DNA from: Botryllus schlosseri
Taxonomy: Eukaryota
NCBI GenBank assembly: GCA_051294905.1
Contig: CM119372.1
Span: 12,588,001-12,648,000, forward strand
Direction: 5' to 3'
DNA: 60,000 nt
Of the stretch, positions 37,807 to 52,000 are shown one piece after another. The notes below the pieces were generated by a model. It saw only the letters and a list, made by a program, of their open reading frames with translations, was not told where the DNA came from and ran no database searches. Numbering within the stretch: position 1 is the stretch's first letter; every line of letters starts with the position of its first letter. The translations under genes were made by a program, and so were the position numbers.

Positions 37807-39913
37807 CGTGTCGAGACTGCTATAGATTACATTAGCGGTGCCGGTGAAGGTTTGATCGTTGCATGTATTTTTATATTTCGTTGGTGAAGTATTATCTTCC
37901 GCCTTGTATTTTGTCAGTAGCTCGGAGATTTTTTATGTCACAGCAAATCTCATTATTTTCATAGTCGCTATCTGAAGTTTATAATTGTAATGAATAGTAA
38001 CCGCGAGGATCCTGATTTGAGAGTTTTCATTTTAAACTTAACACTGCTTTATTAGAGAATGCTTTTCGGATTCTATTTTGTTTTTATGCACTGCGTAAAC
38101 CTATTGAACTCACAGTTCTTTGATATGTATTGCCAAGTTATCTAATTTTCACCGCAAGCACTCAGTTTACACTGCCAATGTAGCGGAATGGATATCGCAA
38201 TCACCGATATTTCCTGTGTGCACACTGCACAATTGCACATTCACGCCAAACAAAACTTTGTGCTTCCTGTGAATAAGACCACTTTCTCGCATAACTTGAA
38301 TAGTGCTCCTGTAGAAGACGCAAGGCTCTGTATAGTGCTGGCGAGAACTCCACCTCTGACATGTTGGACACACTTCTTTCACAAAACCAAGCTTCCTTGG
38401 AACAAATTAGTGTACTATACAAGTAATTACAGAGGTTGAAATGAAACAAGTTTCTACTTGGAATCTATCGCTGGGCTACTCTTGATGTAGTTCAACTTTT
38501 TAAGTTATCTGGTTGACGTAGGCACTTCGATTATTGCGTGGTTAGCGATGTGACTTGGTAATCGACATTGGGCAGTGTAAACTGAGCTGAAAATGTTAGC
38601 AAACATATCTTTCGTTGTAATTTTTCCTAGCATGCCTAGACTGCTGACTGTGCGACATAGGAAGCACATGCAAGTTAGACCAATCATAATATGTGAACTT
38701 TACTCGTCGCAGTAAGCTACACGGGTTGGATGCCATTTTTTACAGTCTGTTGGTAGGGCCTGCTTATTTTGAAAATTCCTGATGGTACTAATGGTGATCA
38801 GGCTGCCAGTCCTTGTAAATTTCTATACTTCGATTTCGTTTCATAATCGTTTTTCAAGTTATGATTTCATTATGAACGCTTGTTATTAACATCTTTTCGA
38901 CGGCATACTCATTATGTACCATCCTGATGTTCGTTATCTACTGATTATAATCTTTTGCTAAATCTGGGAGCAATTCAATTTTTATGTTATGTATCTGCTT
39001 TGTAAATACAGCCATCCTACGTGTTAATGCCAGTGCCGAGCTTACTTTCCGGCACTGAGCAATGAACTTGGGTCCAGCAATTAGGACATGCTTGTAATTA
39101 GGATTTGCGACAATTTGTGATACACTCTATTTATTTCATCCACCCGACACTATCATATGCTCGTGTCCAAATGCGGAATGACACCCATCGGCTAAGCCAA
39201 GGCGTGATTTAGCTCAATTTTATATTGTTTCCACAATGTGATATAACAAACAATATTTATTATTGAAGAATTTTTAGCCCCTTTTTCAGATTTTAGCCCA
39301 TCACTTCTGATCAAACCAATACTTGGTTATGCGAACTTGGATATACCACAATTTGATAGGCCTTCTGATTTGAAAATACCTGGTTATTGTATAAAAAGTT
39401 GTTTTTCATAGTTCAAATCGCTGGGAAAATCTTTTACATAAATTAGACAGTTTTGTGTACCCTCCCACAATTGTAAGCGTTGGCTTGAGATTTGACATTG
39501 GTGCATGGCTTGCTGTCGATACTCTGGCTGGGAACCGCAAGTCAGGGCCTATATGAACAATTTTATATTGAGTTCTGGAACTGCTCCTGTAAGGGTCATA
39601 TGGTATGATACGAAAGATTTCACTACAGCCGAGTTGGAAGAAGCCAATGTGATTTTTGTATTCAGTCGTAGGCACTGAATGAAAAGATTTTCAGTGAGAA
39701 TTCGTATTTTCCTGAAATCTTTTTGTGCAATTTTTTCTGCTTGTGATAAGGCTACCCTGCAAGCAATCTTATCACACTAAACACATTTGAAATCGTCGCT
39801 TTTAACTTGCTTAGTCGTCTTAATTGTGTATACTCGCGGGTGTCGAACGTTGTCACAAATGTACACTACACCCATGCTTATATCGCCAGTTTATGAGTTT
39901 ATCTGCTAGCGAA

Positions 39914-39919
39914 AATAAA
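39914..39919 (+). terminator. Likely poly(A) signal of CTDSPL2
   Basis: First AATAAA I found downstream of the stop codon, implying a 3' UTR of about 2.1 kb. Confidence 0.55.
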
Positions 39920-40029
39920 CATTCATAATTCTTTTGTAGATCATGTAAATAGTGTCTGCCAACGTACATCATAGGTGTTTAGATAGTTTCAATTTGGGAG
40001 GTAGTCTGTAAAATAGCCTATATAATTCA

Positions 40030-43000
40030 ATGGAGGCAGATTCTGTTGGACTGGCTGGCTGGATTACCACTGGGCAGCAGTACGTTCTTCATTCCGTACA
40101 GGCGTTGAAGAACAGGTACGTGGATTATGTGGACAAAAATCCGGAAATGATAGCGCAGGTATGTCGACACTCTAATCACTAATGCGTATTACTGAAAATC
40201 CCCATTCCTATCCCAGATGGAGAAATTGCTGACAACAGTGTCGTACGTCATTGAATATCTACCGCAAAATTATGACAATTTCGTACTTGTCTCGGAGTTA
40301 TGTGAGTGCATTGTACATCTGTGATTATATATTTGATCAGTGCCTTGTAACCTTAGACCAGGGCCGGCCAACCCATGGCCCGCGAGAAGGTTTTGTGTGG
40401 CCCGCGAGGTAATTTCCGAAATTATTAATATCAAAAATGGATTGCACAGATTGTGAACTTGCAAGGCCAAACAAAAATTTGATTAGTCTTGCCGCAACAC
40501 TTGAGATGTGATGACTAAAATATCAGTTCCAAAGCATTGGCAGATCCATGAGCCTGTCACATTTTGGTAGATCTTAGTACACTACCATCAAGCAGAATAA
40601 TTTACGATAAATTTATCAAAAGTAAAATTTTCTACACGCTTCGTGCAACATGTTGTCACTCGATTTCTTGCTTTTAATATTGTTACCCCTTTGTGAAAAT
40701 AAAAGAACGACTAATGTAAGAGATTGAGTCTAACTATATTCGCGATTACGAGACAAAGTGTCGTTCAAGATATGCGACCTTGCGTTTGCGCTCGCTGAAA
40801 GACCGTCTACTATATGAAACCTAGGCACAAAATGATTGGCGCACGTTGGTCGAAGCTTTCGATATCGATATGTCCAGGCGCCGAATAGTCCATTCCTTGC
40901 AAACTGAGCCCAACGATATACAGCATGCCCGCATTATAGTCAAGTTACAATAGTATTGACCCATGAACTTCGAAAAATTTTCGCGCTTGGCGTGGCTAGT
41001 GGCCTGCGCAATAGTTCGTCAATCAAATGTGGCCCTTTGGCTGAAAAGGTTGGCCACCCCTGCCTTAGACAGTTCATGGCAGCTGTGCGATTTTACCGCT
41101 ATTTAGTTATCACCAGTTAAGCAGTCTGATGTATAATGATATGCAAACAATCCCGAAGACATGAGACTTCATGAAAAAAAGTTGTTACGGGCATTATTTC
41201 TACGAGTCCATTACTATATTACGGTACCCCTTTCATAAGCATCTTTTGATCGTAAACAGTTTCATAATAAATTTGATCAAAGATTAGCCTCTGTACCCTT
41301 TGTCGTAAACATTTTGTTAATAAATTTGATTGGGGACTTCTAACCATTAAGCATCGAAATTATCGGCACAGCAATTTCAGTAGCTAATGACCACAATTAT
41401 TTTCAATTACCTAGTATTTCGACGTATTTATTAGAGCTTCATTTTGTGGCAGACGTGTTGCATCATTGTGGCTTTGTACCTTGTAGGCTGTATAAGGGCT
41501 GTTCAAAAATAACCTTTTTTCCTGAATCTTGCAGGTTACTTGATTAAATCGTTAGGTTGCCTTAAAAAACGACGCACACCAAATTTGAATTCATTCCAAC
41601 CAATATTCGCGGATTTCGTAGAGTTTGAAAATTTTGAATTTGCCTAAAAATGCAAAAAAAAAAATTTTTCAAATTTTCCTTTCAACCTGATGAAATTGTT
41701 GCGCTGTCTTCAAAAACGATGGAAAACAAATTTGACTCAATTCCAAGCTGTAGAAGCGGAGTTATTCAAGTTTTTTGATGATAATTCTGGGATGATCCAC
41801 CAATCAAGGATAATCCCATAATTATCAAAGAAAAACTGAAATAACTCCACTTCTACGGCTTCGAATTGAGTCAAATTTGTTCTGCATCGTTTTTGAAGAC
41901 AGCGCAACAATGTCATGGGGTTGGCAAAAAAATGTGAAAAATTTTTTTTTTTGCATTTTTAGGCAAATTCAAAATTTTCAAACTCTACGAAATCCGCGAA
42001 TATTGGTTGGAATGAATTCAAATTTGGTGTGCGTCGTTTTTTGAGGCAACCTAACGATTTAATCAAGTAACCTGCAAGATTCAGGAAAAAAGGTTATTTT
42101 TGAACAGCCCTCGTAGCTTGCATCCACTGGTAGGTCATAAGAAAGAACATTTCACATAAAGACAGCTCTAGTATGAAATGTTACAAGCGTGTGCATGTGC
42201 AACTGTACAGTGCATCCACTCTCTTTTGTTAAGATACTGGAATATTTCCTCACCGCAATGACTCATGATGATCCATTGAATATTCTGAAACAAAGATTAT
42301 GCTCAACAGTTGCTTTCATATTAGCTGTGATTTGATGGACGTGAGTCATCAGAGTTGTCAAGGTCCATTTCTTTGTGGTATCTAACTGTGAACAACAGCT
42401 GATTCCTCGACACAGGTGTACAACTGCTCAGTGTGCCTATCCCATCAGCATGGGCTGATAACTTCAACCTTACTCGGACCATGGATATTGATTTTCAAAT
42501 TATTAGAGTAGGCCTACTTGAAAATGTTTACGTTCTTGCTACTTATCGTGGCATTTCATTACATTTGCTACATTTGCGATGAATGCATTCCCATAGACGT
42601 GGGATTCCAGGTAGTACCACCACTTATTTAGCCTTAAAGACTTGAGTGTAGGAATTTGTTAAACTCAGTGACGAGTAACACTGCTATTATAGATTTTAGT
42701 ATTCATGTATGCCAGTTTGCTGACCATGCAGTTACTATACTTTTTCCTACCGTTTCGTTTAACATGACAAGGTTTTTTAATTGACTCAACGTGGCATGCG
42801 GCCTATCTGCCTATCCTATATTATACAAAATCAAACCAGTATCATTGACTACTGGTGCAAGAATTCAACAATAGCAATTCAGTAATCATACTTGATAGCA
42901 GATAAAATCGGATTCTTAAATGATATGCTCATCTGGTCCTGTTCTAACTTCGCGATCAAAAACTGCTGTACCTTCAGCTGTGTCGTTTCTTGACCTTGCC

Positions 43001-46000
43001 GACAGTAGCCTACGCATGAAGAAATATTCAGTGAAAACCTTTATTATGAAAAATAATGGTAGATAACGGGTACTTAATTCCACTGATTCTACATTGCTAC
43101 ATTTTTCAATTTGTAAAACGATATTGCGTTTGTTTCAAATATTTTTCTCTTTTGGTGAGAGTATTCTATTAATAGATCATCCATCAACTGGTACACGTCC
43201 ACCAGGTTAGCATTGGCCATTTTGCAAACTGGCCAATCGGATCCGAACATGACTCTGTCCACACCAAATGAATGCATGACGTGTTGAACATGGCTTCTGA
43301 AGTTTTCAGCCTTCCAGGATTGCAGATTGGCTTCTGTTACCATCCCTGAAAATAGAATACAACGTAGCACATCAACAATTCTCAATGGTCGTATTCGTTT
43401 CCAGCTAAGCCCTATAAAACAATTGATTAGCAGTGGGGAATACCGATAATTTGAAACTACAAATGATGGGCTAGCTCTATTGTTTTAATATTCATAAATA
43501 CGCAGTGATTTAATTGCGCAGACCTGATAATTTGCAATGCACATTGTCGAATTGTGCTAACAATGTCATTCCTTCGTACCACTCGTTGGTAGCCCCAGTT
43601 TCGGCATTCGGTTTAGCCAGGTGGTCGATGACAAACTTGACATCTGGATTGTTTCGTACCACGTGGACTGCATCCTTGAAGTTCTCTTTTTTGACCTGAA
43701 GAACAGTGGAAATGATCTTTTGGTCGTGTGGACAAGATGGCGTGGACCATAGAAGACTCACCAGCAGATCATAAGCAAGCCCGTACTTTTGCAGCACTTT
43801 CATACCCTCGCAAACGGACGGTTTGGCGAGCCATCCTGGCTCTTCCAATGGTACGATATTTCTCACGCCCACAAATTTCGGCTCTTTTGTGAATTCGGCT
43901 AGCTCAGCATCCAGTAAGTCGATATCGCCCGTGTGAGCGTAGCCCACGATTCCTTTAAGAAGTGAAGTTGAATTGTTTCAAAATTCAGTTTAATGAAAAT
44001 TGTCTAGTCATTTTCACCAGCGACGCTTGGTCTGCCTTTAAGATGACTTATCATCCACCTTGTTTCTTCTATGGAATTTTGAGCCTCCACAAAAACGCCT
44101 TCCTTGATACCGGTATTCTTCCTGAAATTGAAAAGTTGCGTTTGTTATTTCTAATAAGCTATGTAACCTAGTCACCAGAGCATCATAATCCAGGAAACAC
44201 ACACAACAGAAATCTACAAAAACCTGAATTCAAAAAAATTTATTCCGCTCTTATTTTAATGGTGAAAAAATATTTTCCAAATTTCTCAATGACAGGAATT
44301 TTTTGGTCATTTTGTTGCTTTGATGAGTTAACATCCGCAGTTGGTCAGAGCGTAGTCATTGTTGTTACTTGAGTTCAATTAGAAGTAATACCGCGATTAC
44401 GAGTATAAGTAGTAATTTTCATAGCACACAAAGCTAGAATCCGAAAAGTTTGAAAAGTATTCGTGTAGTTTGAAGAAACTTGTTAGGCAATTTTGAACAC
44501 TTGCACTGGCCTGACGCACCTTCGCAACCGATGCATAATAACTTTTTGAAAATTAAATGTTTTCTGTCGTACATGGTCTGTTTTGCCTAGCTGTGATGGC
44601 AGTTTCACAAATGAAAGTGAGGCTTTCTACTTGACTAAGTCTACAATGATAAAAAGAAAACAAGTAATTTGGCTTCAAAACCTGTTATAGAATTTGAAGT
44701 AGTCTAAAGGCAATAGAGTAAATAGTGTAACTAGATATAAAACCACTTGAGTAGCCTATGTCTAGTTTTGAAAACTGAGCGCTTAAATACTGACTACACA
44801 GCGCACAGAAAGAGGAACTTCATCTATTTATAACAAGCTTGTTTACAACATTTGCGCTGTTGATATGATTTTGCAGGTGATCCAATAATATTGATTGCCT
44901 AATTTTGAAACCGCAACAACGGAGCTGTTGTAATGCTGATCGCGAAAGCGCGACGTGCATCCGCGCGATTACAACGGCGTGAAATCTGCTTTTCTCCTCA
45001 CTGTTCTTCTTCGTAATCCGCGATGTCGAAGTTCCTGAAAATGACTCCCTCTGCCTTCGTCGGCCATTGGTATTCCAGCCTCGACAAGTCCCAAATGTGA
45101 AAATGCGTGTCTATCACGTTTATGTTCTCCATGATGCCGCTATTTTTGACAAAGTCCTTCAGCAACCTGCAGGTTCCTTTCCCGAGCGAATATAGACTTT
45201 CACCGCAGGGTAGCTTAAAGGCCAAAGTATACCGCCAGTATCGGTGCGTTTGTATGCTTGGTCACGCGTGGTTGCTCAATCAATGCGCTCGCCGTTCGTA
45301 TCATGATGCGAGGCATCTCGGCGATTGCTGTATTGCTTTATTAGAAGTATACTGCGAAATGTTTCACTGATGATGCGTCATAACCTGGCCGATTTTTTAT
45401 GTTTACTGTTGCACCGTTGTTTTGACATGATACCGCGACGCGATAACTTACTGCTTTGTCTGAATGAGAATGAGAATACTTATAATAACGGTAACTCACC
45501 AGTCGGGTATGTTAGAATTGCAAAAATCAATAATGAACCATAGTCGCCGACTTGCCGCCATTCCATTGAACTCCCATCTTAGTAATGCGTGAGCACTGAG
45601 CAATGCATAATAATGATTACACCTAGCACCTGACCGCCCTACGCCAGCATGTATTGTTGCAAGGCTGAGAAATGACATTTTTCCGGAACGAAAGTTGGTG
45701 GATTTGGCTGCGCGATGCTAATAATGATGTTTGTTCCATTCGCGCGGCCATGTTCTATTATTATGCACTTTGGAGCAAAGGTTTATTATGTTCGATGATC
45801 ATCCGCTCACTATATATCTAGGCCGCGCTTCGGGCGGTAGCGCAGAGCTGATGCAGGCCTGCGCTAAAACTACAGGTGCAAAGTTTATTCACGACCCTAT
45901 TTCCGAATCCATCCGTCTCCGGCTAGGTATTTAAATTTCGAGTTCCAAAAAATCTGGCTGGTACCTGAAGTGTTGCTGTTTTTACGTAATGTGGTGGAAA

Positions 46001-49000
46001 AACTCCCGCAACAATTCTGCCACGGCTTCTGGACATCTGTTATCTGCGACCAGGTTAGGGTCTAGTCGAGTGATCGAGTGTCACTTATTATGACATCAAA
46101 ACATCATTAGTGATGAGCCGAGTTCAAATATATACATTGTACAGTTTATGCGGCCACAAAGAATACCTGTCGTACTTCACATTAAAGAAAATCTGGTATC
46201 TTTTGGACCATGCCTTGCCTACTCTTCATTGCACTTTCTGTCAATGCTTTGGGTCGATCACGGCTGATTACGCTATGTGTCACGCGAGCAGCTTATGCAA
46301 TCCGTTGTCTAGGCTAACCAGTTACCCGCGGTGCATGGAATTGGATTCGCGTTAATCGCTAAATTTCATCGTTTAGTGAGCTGCGCCAATGGCCTCATCC
46401 GTTACTGTAACGATTGCATCATCAAAGGCGGCGTCGCGGCGCAAGTCCCGGGCGGGGACACCGTGCACCTCGTGCGGTTGATCGAACGGTGGCTGGTGAT
46501 CTTGGAAGCTTTACAGGTAGGCTCAGCCGCAGGCCGGCAACACTGGGCAGGGTTTAAACAACTGGAGAATTTTTAGTTTTTCCAAATTAAATTCGATTTG
46601 GAATTATACCTACAGTTTTTTCAAGTTAGATTAGAATTACTGAATCCGCAAAAACTGTGAAATTAACTCATATTTAGTTCACATCGAGTCACGGATCATT
46701 TTCATAATTATTGCGAATTTCGTTTTGTTTAGTTTTTTTCGTATAGTCGTTTCGCACTATGCGACTATACTATACAATACATACACTATACTACTACTAT
46801 ACCTGCAGCATTTTCTGAAAAACCAGAAGGCCAGGAACCCCCCACATACTAGTTTAGAGTTAGAGATCCGACATTTCGCTCTAATTATAGTCTCAGTCAG
46901 GGTGTCAAACATAAGGCCCGCCATCGTCCGGCCCGCGACGCAATTCTGAGTAGATTGAAAAATGCTTGTATCATCGAGCACATTTCCAACAAATGTTGAG
47001 ATTTTTAGTAAGAAATATTTCCATTCTAATCCATCGTCAAATCAGCAAATGTCGACTGTGTTCATAGGCCACATGATAACCATCGATCGGATCACGGTGT
47101 TTTGGTTTCACTATAGGCACCATTAGGAATAAGTCGGTGACGTTGGCACGCAATTACGGGAAGGCAAAAAATGCGCACACAGACAAATATCTCCTATGTT
47201 CCTCACAACGCACACGCAGGGCTGCTGCCAGATTACGACTAAATATATGCCAACTAATATCGTCGTTAGAGCAAATGTTTCAACGTTTTTTTTAACTGTA
47301 TTCAAGAGCCCAATCATCGTATTTCCGCCAAATCCGCTGTTTGCGAATAAAGGCGCCGGTAGAATATAACGCTTATGATCCGTAATGTAATGCAATATGC
47401 TATTGTGTGTGTAGGGTTGATATAGTGTTCAAGTGCAAAATAAGGTCATGGATGTTGACGTAACATTTTGGTATCATTTGACCGCCCTGCAAGCGATCTG
47501 AAGGTTTGATTCCGGCCTGCGACGCAGGTTAAGTTGGACACCCCTTGTCTATGTAGACAACTAGAATTCTCTCGTTGTCCAGGTTTGGCCTCTGGTTCCA
47601 TTGTGACGTCATATGTTTTTTGTATTTCAGGCGTTCCTGGAAATGATAGCGTACCGAGTCGGCGGCAGTGGCACGAAGTGGGCTGTAGTCGTTCTTATCA
47701 CACTCGTGAAGGTAAATGCGCCGCTGCGTTTCGTGAAAATCGCTGCTCAAAAGCAGCCTATGTGCGCTTGCTGGCTACTGCGGCCGTATTTTATATTTTC
47801 CGTGATTTTACAATGTCCTGCCGTGTGTGACGGCAATATCGCGCTGTGTTTGATATGTTTAGATGGCGCCCGCGGCGTTATAATCCGGGAGCGTGTGTAA
47901 AATCGTTATTACAATTAGGATGTGGCGTCTTCGTATTGACGTTGATAGACGCGGTGTTGCGGAGTTCGTAAGGGCGCGCTGTTGACCCTGGAATGGGCGT
48001 GGATTCGGATTTGGAAATTTAAACGCATTTGACGATTCTCGCCGACTTTGAACTCGATCGAGGAATTTGGAATGATTTTGAATTTATCAGTTTTTATCGA
48101 CTTTAATCGTTTACCGGACCTGCACTTTATATACACATGGATGGGTGTATTTACTGAGTTTACACCGTAGCGTAGGGTGAAGATCAGGCCGTCGGCACTT
48201 TCTGGTACTAAGTATTGCTTTCCTACCCGTTCCAACGGGGGAGGTCGAGTCAAATACACCAATCTTTGTGTAGGTGTCGGTCTATCCCAGGGGCGTAGTA
48301 GGTTCTGTCCACATGGACCGCATTTATGCGCCTTCAGGGGGTGCTACACGAACCGCGCCCTTGAAATATACATAAATTGGTGTATTTGACTCGCTTTCAC
48401 TCGTTGAAATCGGTGTGAAAGCAAAATTCTGTACCAGAAAGTGCCGATGGCCTGATTTTCAGAAGATGCAATTTTCGTTTACTACAGTGTGTGGACATGA
48501 CTACTAGGGATGGTGTGAACCTCTGAAAGGTTCAGGCTCGTGTGAACGCGAACCTTTTTAAAAGGTTCTGTGTGAACGCGATCGTGAACCTCGTAACGTC
48601 GCGTGACGTCTTATTGCTAATTCCAACCCTACATTTCCGTGAAGTGATATATATTACATACACGATACCTAGCGACAATGCTGACTTTTTAAACGTCGCC
48701 AAATGTATCAACTGGACGGTGCAATCAAATGATATAATAATCCCATAAAATCGTATCTTCCGTCGCTTTGCCAACAATTTCGACGTGGACTTGTAAGGGT
48801 ATGTAATCTCACGCCCTAACGGTCTAGGCCAGACCGGACAATGTATTCGGCGTCTGAGTGTTGCTACTTTGATATTGGGCAGAGTGTAATACGGGTTTTA
48901 CCCCATTAACAAGTTGTACAGCAATAGCCAACACCCCAATCACACGGATTTGGTAATGGTTTATATAACACAGTAAACATATGAAATCGAGATGGACACC

Positions 49001-52000
49001 GTACGCTTGCTAGATTTTTTACATCAGACAACGATATCCATTCATTGATTGGTTGGATAAGCATCGTTCGCTGACTGCCTACATGTAGCGTATTTCGCTC
49101 TTGATGTTGTGTGATTGCGTGTCAAGCTCACAGCAGAGAGTCACTAAATATTCATAAACAGAAAACTAGATATTTCGAGCAAACTTGTAACATAGCAGGT
49201 AAAATCTCTGAGATTGTCAACGTGCATGCTGTTTAGTGTTGATTTTTTTTATGCTGCCAGCGCCATGCATACAGCGGCCCGCATTAGAAATGCAATAAAT
49301 TTCAACCAAAGATGTTATAATGACATGAAAATTGTAATATATGAAAAAGGTTCACTGTGCAGAACCGACCAAGGTTCGTTTGTGAACCTGAACCTCTAAA
49401 TTTCCGAGGTTCACACACAAAACGCGAACGTGAACCTCATGTTCAGTTGTTCACACCATCCCTAATGACTTCATATTGGGCATGATCGCGAACAGAGTCG
49501 GGGTTCAAATTTTATGGTCTTACATTCGCCCACACAGCTGATCCCACCATAGCGATATGGCGCCGTTTTGCGTTAGTTCGTTGATTACATTTGAGCCAAT
49601 CCCGTTCTCTTTACAGGCCGCCATGCGTCTGATCTTACTTTACGTTTTCAAACCGAACTTGCAAACGCACCCGTACGTGAAGCCGTTGGACCGCGTCAAG
49701 TTTTTGAGCAAATCCGAACCAGGCTCGCCTGCCGAACGCAGTCACGGGACAAGTAATACGCCATATATAACCAAAGTATCCAGGATTGCTAGTCGTGTAG
49801 AAATAGAAGCAATACACTCGATTTCTAGTCTAATGACTTGTGACAACGCGAATAGGAACACTTTTCGAAAAATATATTCAGTTCTCGTAATAGGCCTACA
49901 GGGGTTATTTCGTTCGGTTGTCGTGACGCCGTCACTCGTAAAAGTGACGCAGACCTATCCACAAAACTGTTACGGACGAAATTGGAAGCATAACCGCTCG
50001 AATGGTCCTACAAGTATGCAAACCCGACTTGTGTTTTCCTCCGACAAGTATTAGTACTTCGTCACCGACCACCTATGTGTGTAGTTCAAGACTTAAGCAA
50101 TGATGTGGGACTAGCCGTCAGTTGTTTTTAGAGCCGTTCGTGTACGTCGGACGACGGACGGGCATCAAAATGAAGAGACTGAGCAGCGCCACCGACGGAC
50201 TCGCGGCCGCCGCCACAGAGTTTCCGGACCGCGAGGCGAACTTTGACCCGTGTTTCCCTTCTCCGTCCGGGAGTCCCACCAGGCTTAGCAGTGTGGAGCG
50301 TGTCGGGGAAACTCTTCACATTTTAAGACCTCTGATTCACCGTATCCTTTGAATGTTAATATGTGTACTTTTTGTCCGCCATGACTCCATGACCGCCATC
50401 GATTAGTCTTCACTGTGGACATGTCTAAATTTATGGTGTTTCATGCGATCATCGACTATTGTCCCCCAACCTCGATATACGCGCGTCGGAGATCCACACG
50501 TTTGTGTGATGGGTTTAGGGTTCACGTTAGGATGTCGTAGGAGCATTCATAACCCTCACCCAACTCTAAACTGGCCCTATACCCCCAACACGAAACAAAC
50601 CCTAACCTGTTGTCCATACTAGTGTAGGTATATATCTGCCATCAAATATAAATATTCGTGAAGAACACAGTCAATGATCACATGAAACACCATATGTGTG
50701 GATATGGAACACTTCTCGATGCTGGTAAGAAAGTATTATACCAGCATGTTATGGTTGTGTTCGCTTCGGGTTAGTTAGAGGGTTATAAAGTCAAATAATA
50801 AAGTGCGGCATCCGAAATGCTCCGCTGTCGTTTTACATTATGTCGCATGCTCGAATGTCAGACAACCGCTTGGAAGACGCAAAAATCAACCCCGCGACGT
50901 TCTCGTCGCAATCACATGCGCAACCCCGCTCTGTTCCAATCCTATCGAACGCAACGATTTTTCTCGCCGCTACCCCGCCGCGTACAATTTGCGGTTTGTT
51001 CCGGCACGCTTCATTACGTTCAGTTACGCATTGCGGGGTTGATGATAAGAGGCAGACATTTCGGTTCCGTTATTTACCGCTCTGTTGCGAAAGCGAGCTA
51101 ATCTGGTTTGCGATCGATATGCAAATTTTCGCTGCTGAGTATTGTAACTAGCGCCGATGAAAGCTAGAGCCTACGGTGCGACTTGCAAACCATCGGTTAG
51201 GATAGCGGGCGCAACTTACATCTTAAAATCAAATACGAAAGTGCGCGTTTAGCAAAACCAAATTTATACTGCCGATCGCTGTAAAAGGTCTTTATCGCGA
51301 ACAGCTTCAAACTTTGCAGGTACTTCTCTTTATTATTATCTGAAGAGGCTCATGGAAGTACAGAACTTCAGTATACCTACAATTGAATAATATATTCGTA
51401 TTGAAATATTCTGGACTATTTCAATATGAATATGCAATTTGCAATTGATAATATGAATACTGAATAGTGAATACCGTGTATTATTCACATATTGAAGTAC
51501 TGTACCTCCAAGAAGCTCTTCGAATATACAAATATTCATGTATTATTCAATATTATTATCTGTTCGCCAACCTAGGAATTGGCAATGTCTATTATAGTGC
51601 GTGAGCGTTTCGATTCCTAGTCGATTATTCGAGCACCACATGTTATGACGTCATAACAGTAATATAGACTTGACATTACGAATATGCGAAGATTGGTAGC
51701 CTTGCGCAACCTGGACCTGCGTAATAATTTTGAACTGCGAGTTATGACCAATCGGGGTTTCGAAGCTATCGTGTATCGAAACTACGCTTCTCGTTGATGA
51801 AACCACTCTATAATATATGTGTAATAATCCGCTAATCTGCAAGTTTTCGGCGAACCCTAACTTTTCGCTGGGTCACAAAAACAAAGATCTACCAGGATAC
51901 ACGTCTAAGACATCAATGTAGAACATTGGTGCACAAAATGAACTGCGCATCAACGACAATGTTAAAAGAACAGGACTAATAAAACATAATTTTCATACAA

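Noticed and set aside
45133..45225. N-terminal extension of the amidohydrolase from the ORF track
   Set aside because: The ORF-track start is a non-ATG codon. The ATG at 45132 directly precedes the family's IDxHxH N-terminal motif.
49753..50054. 165-aa ORF 49557-50054 as a separate gene
   Set aside because: Only 49617-49752 is PEX16 exon 5. The rest is intronic read-through.
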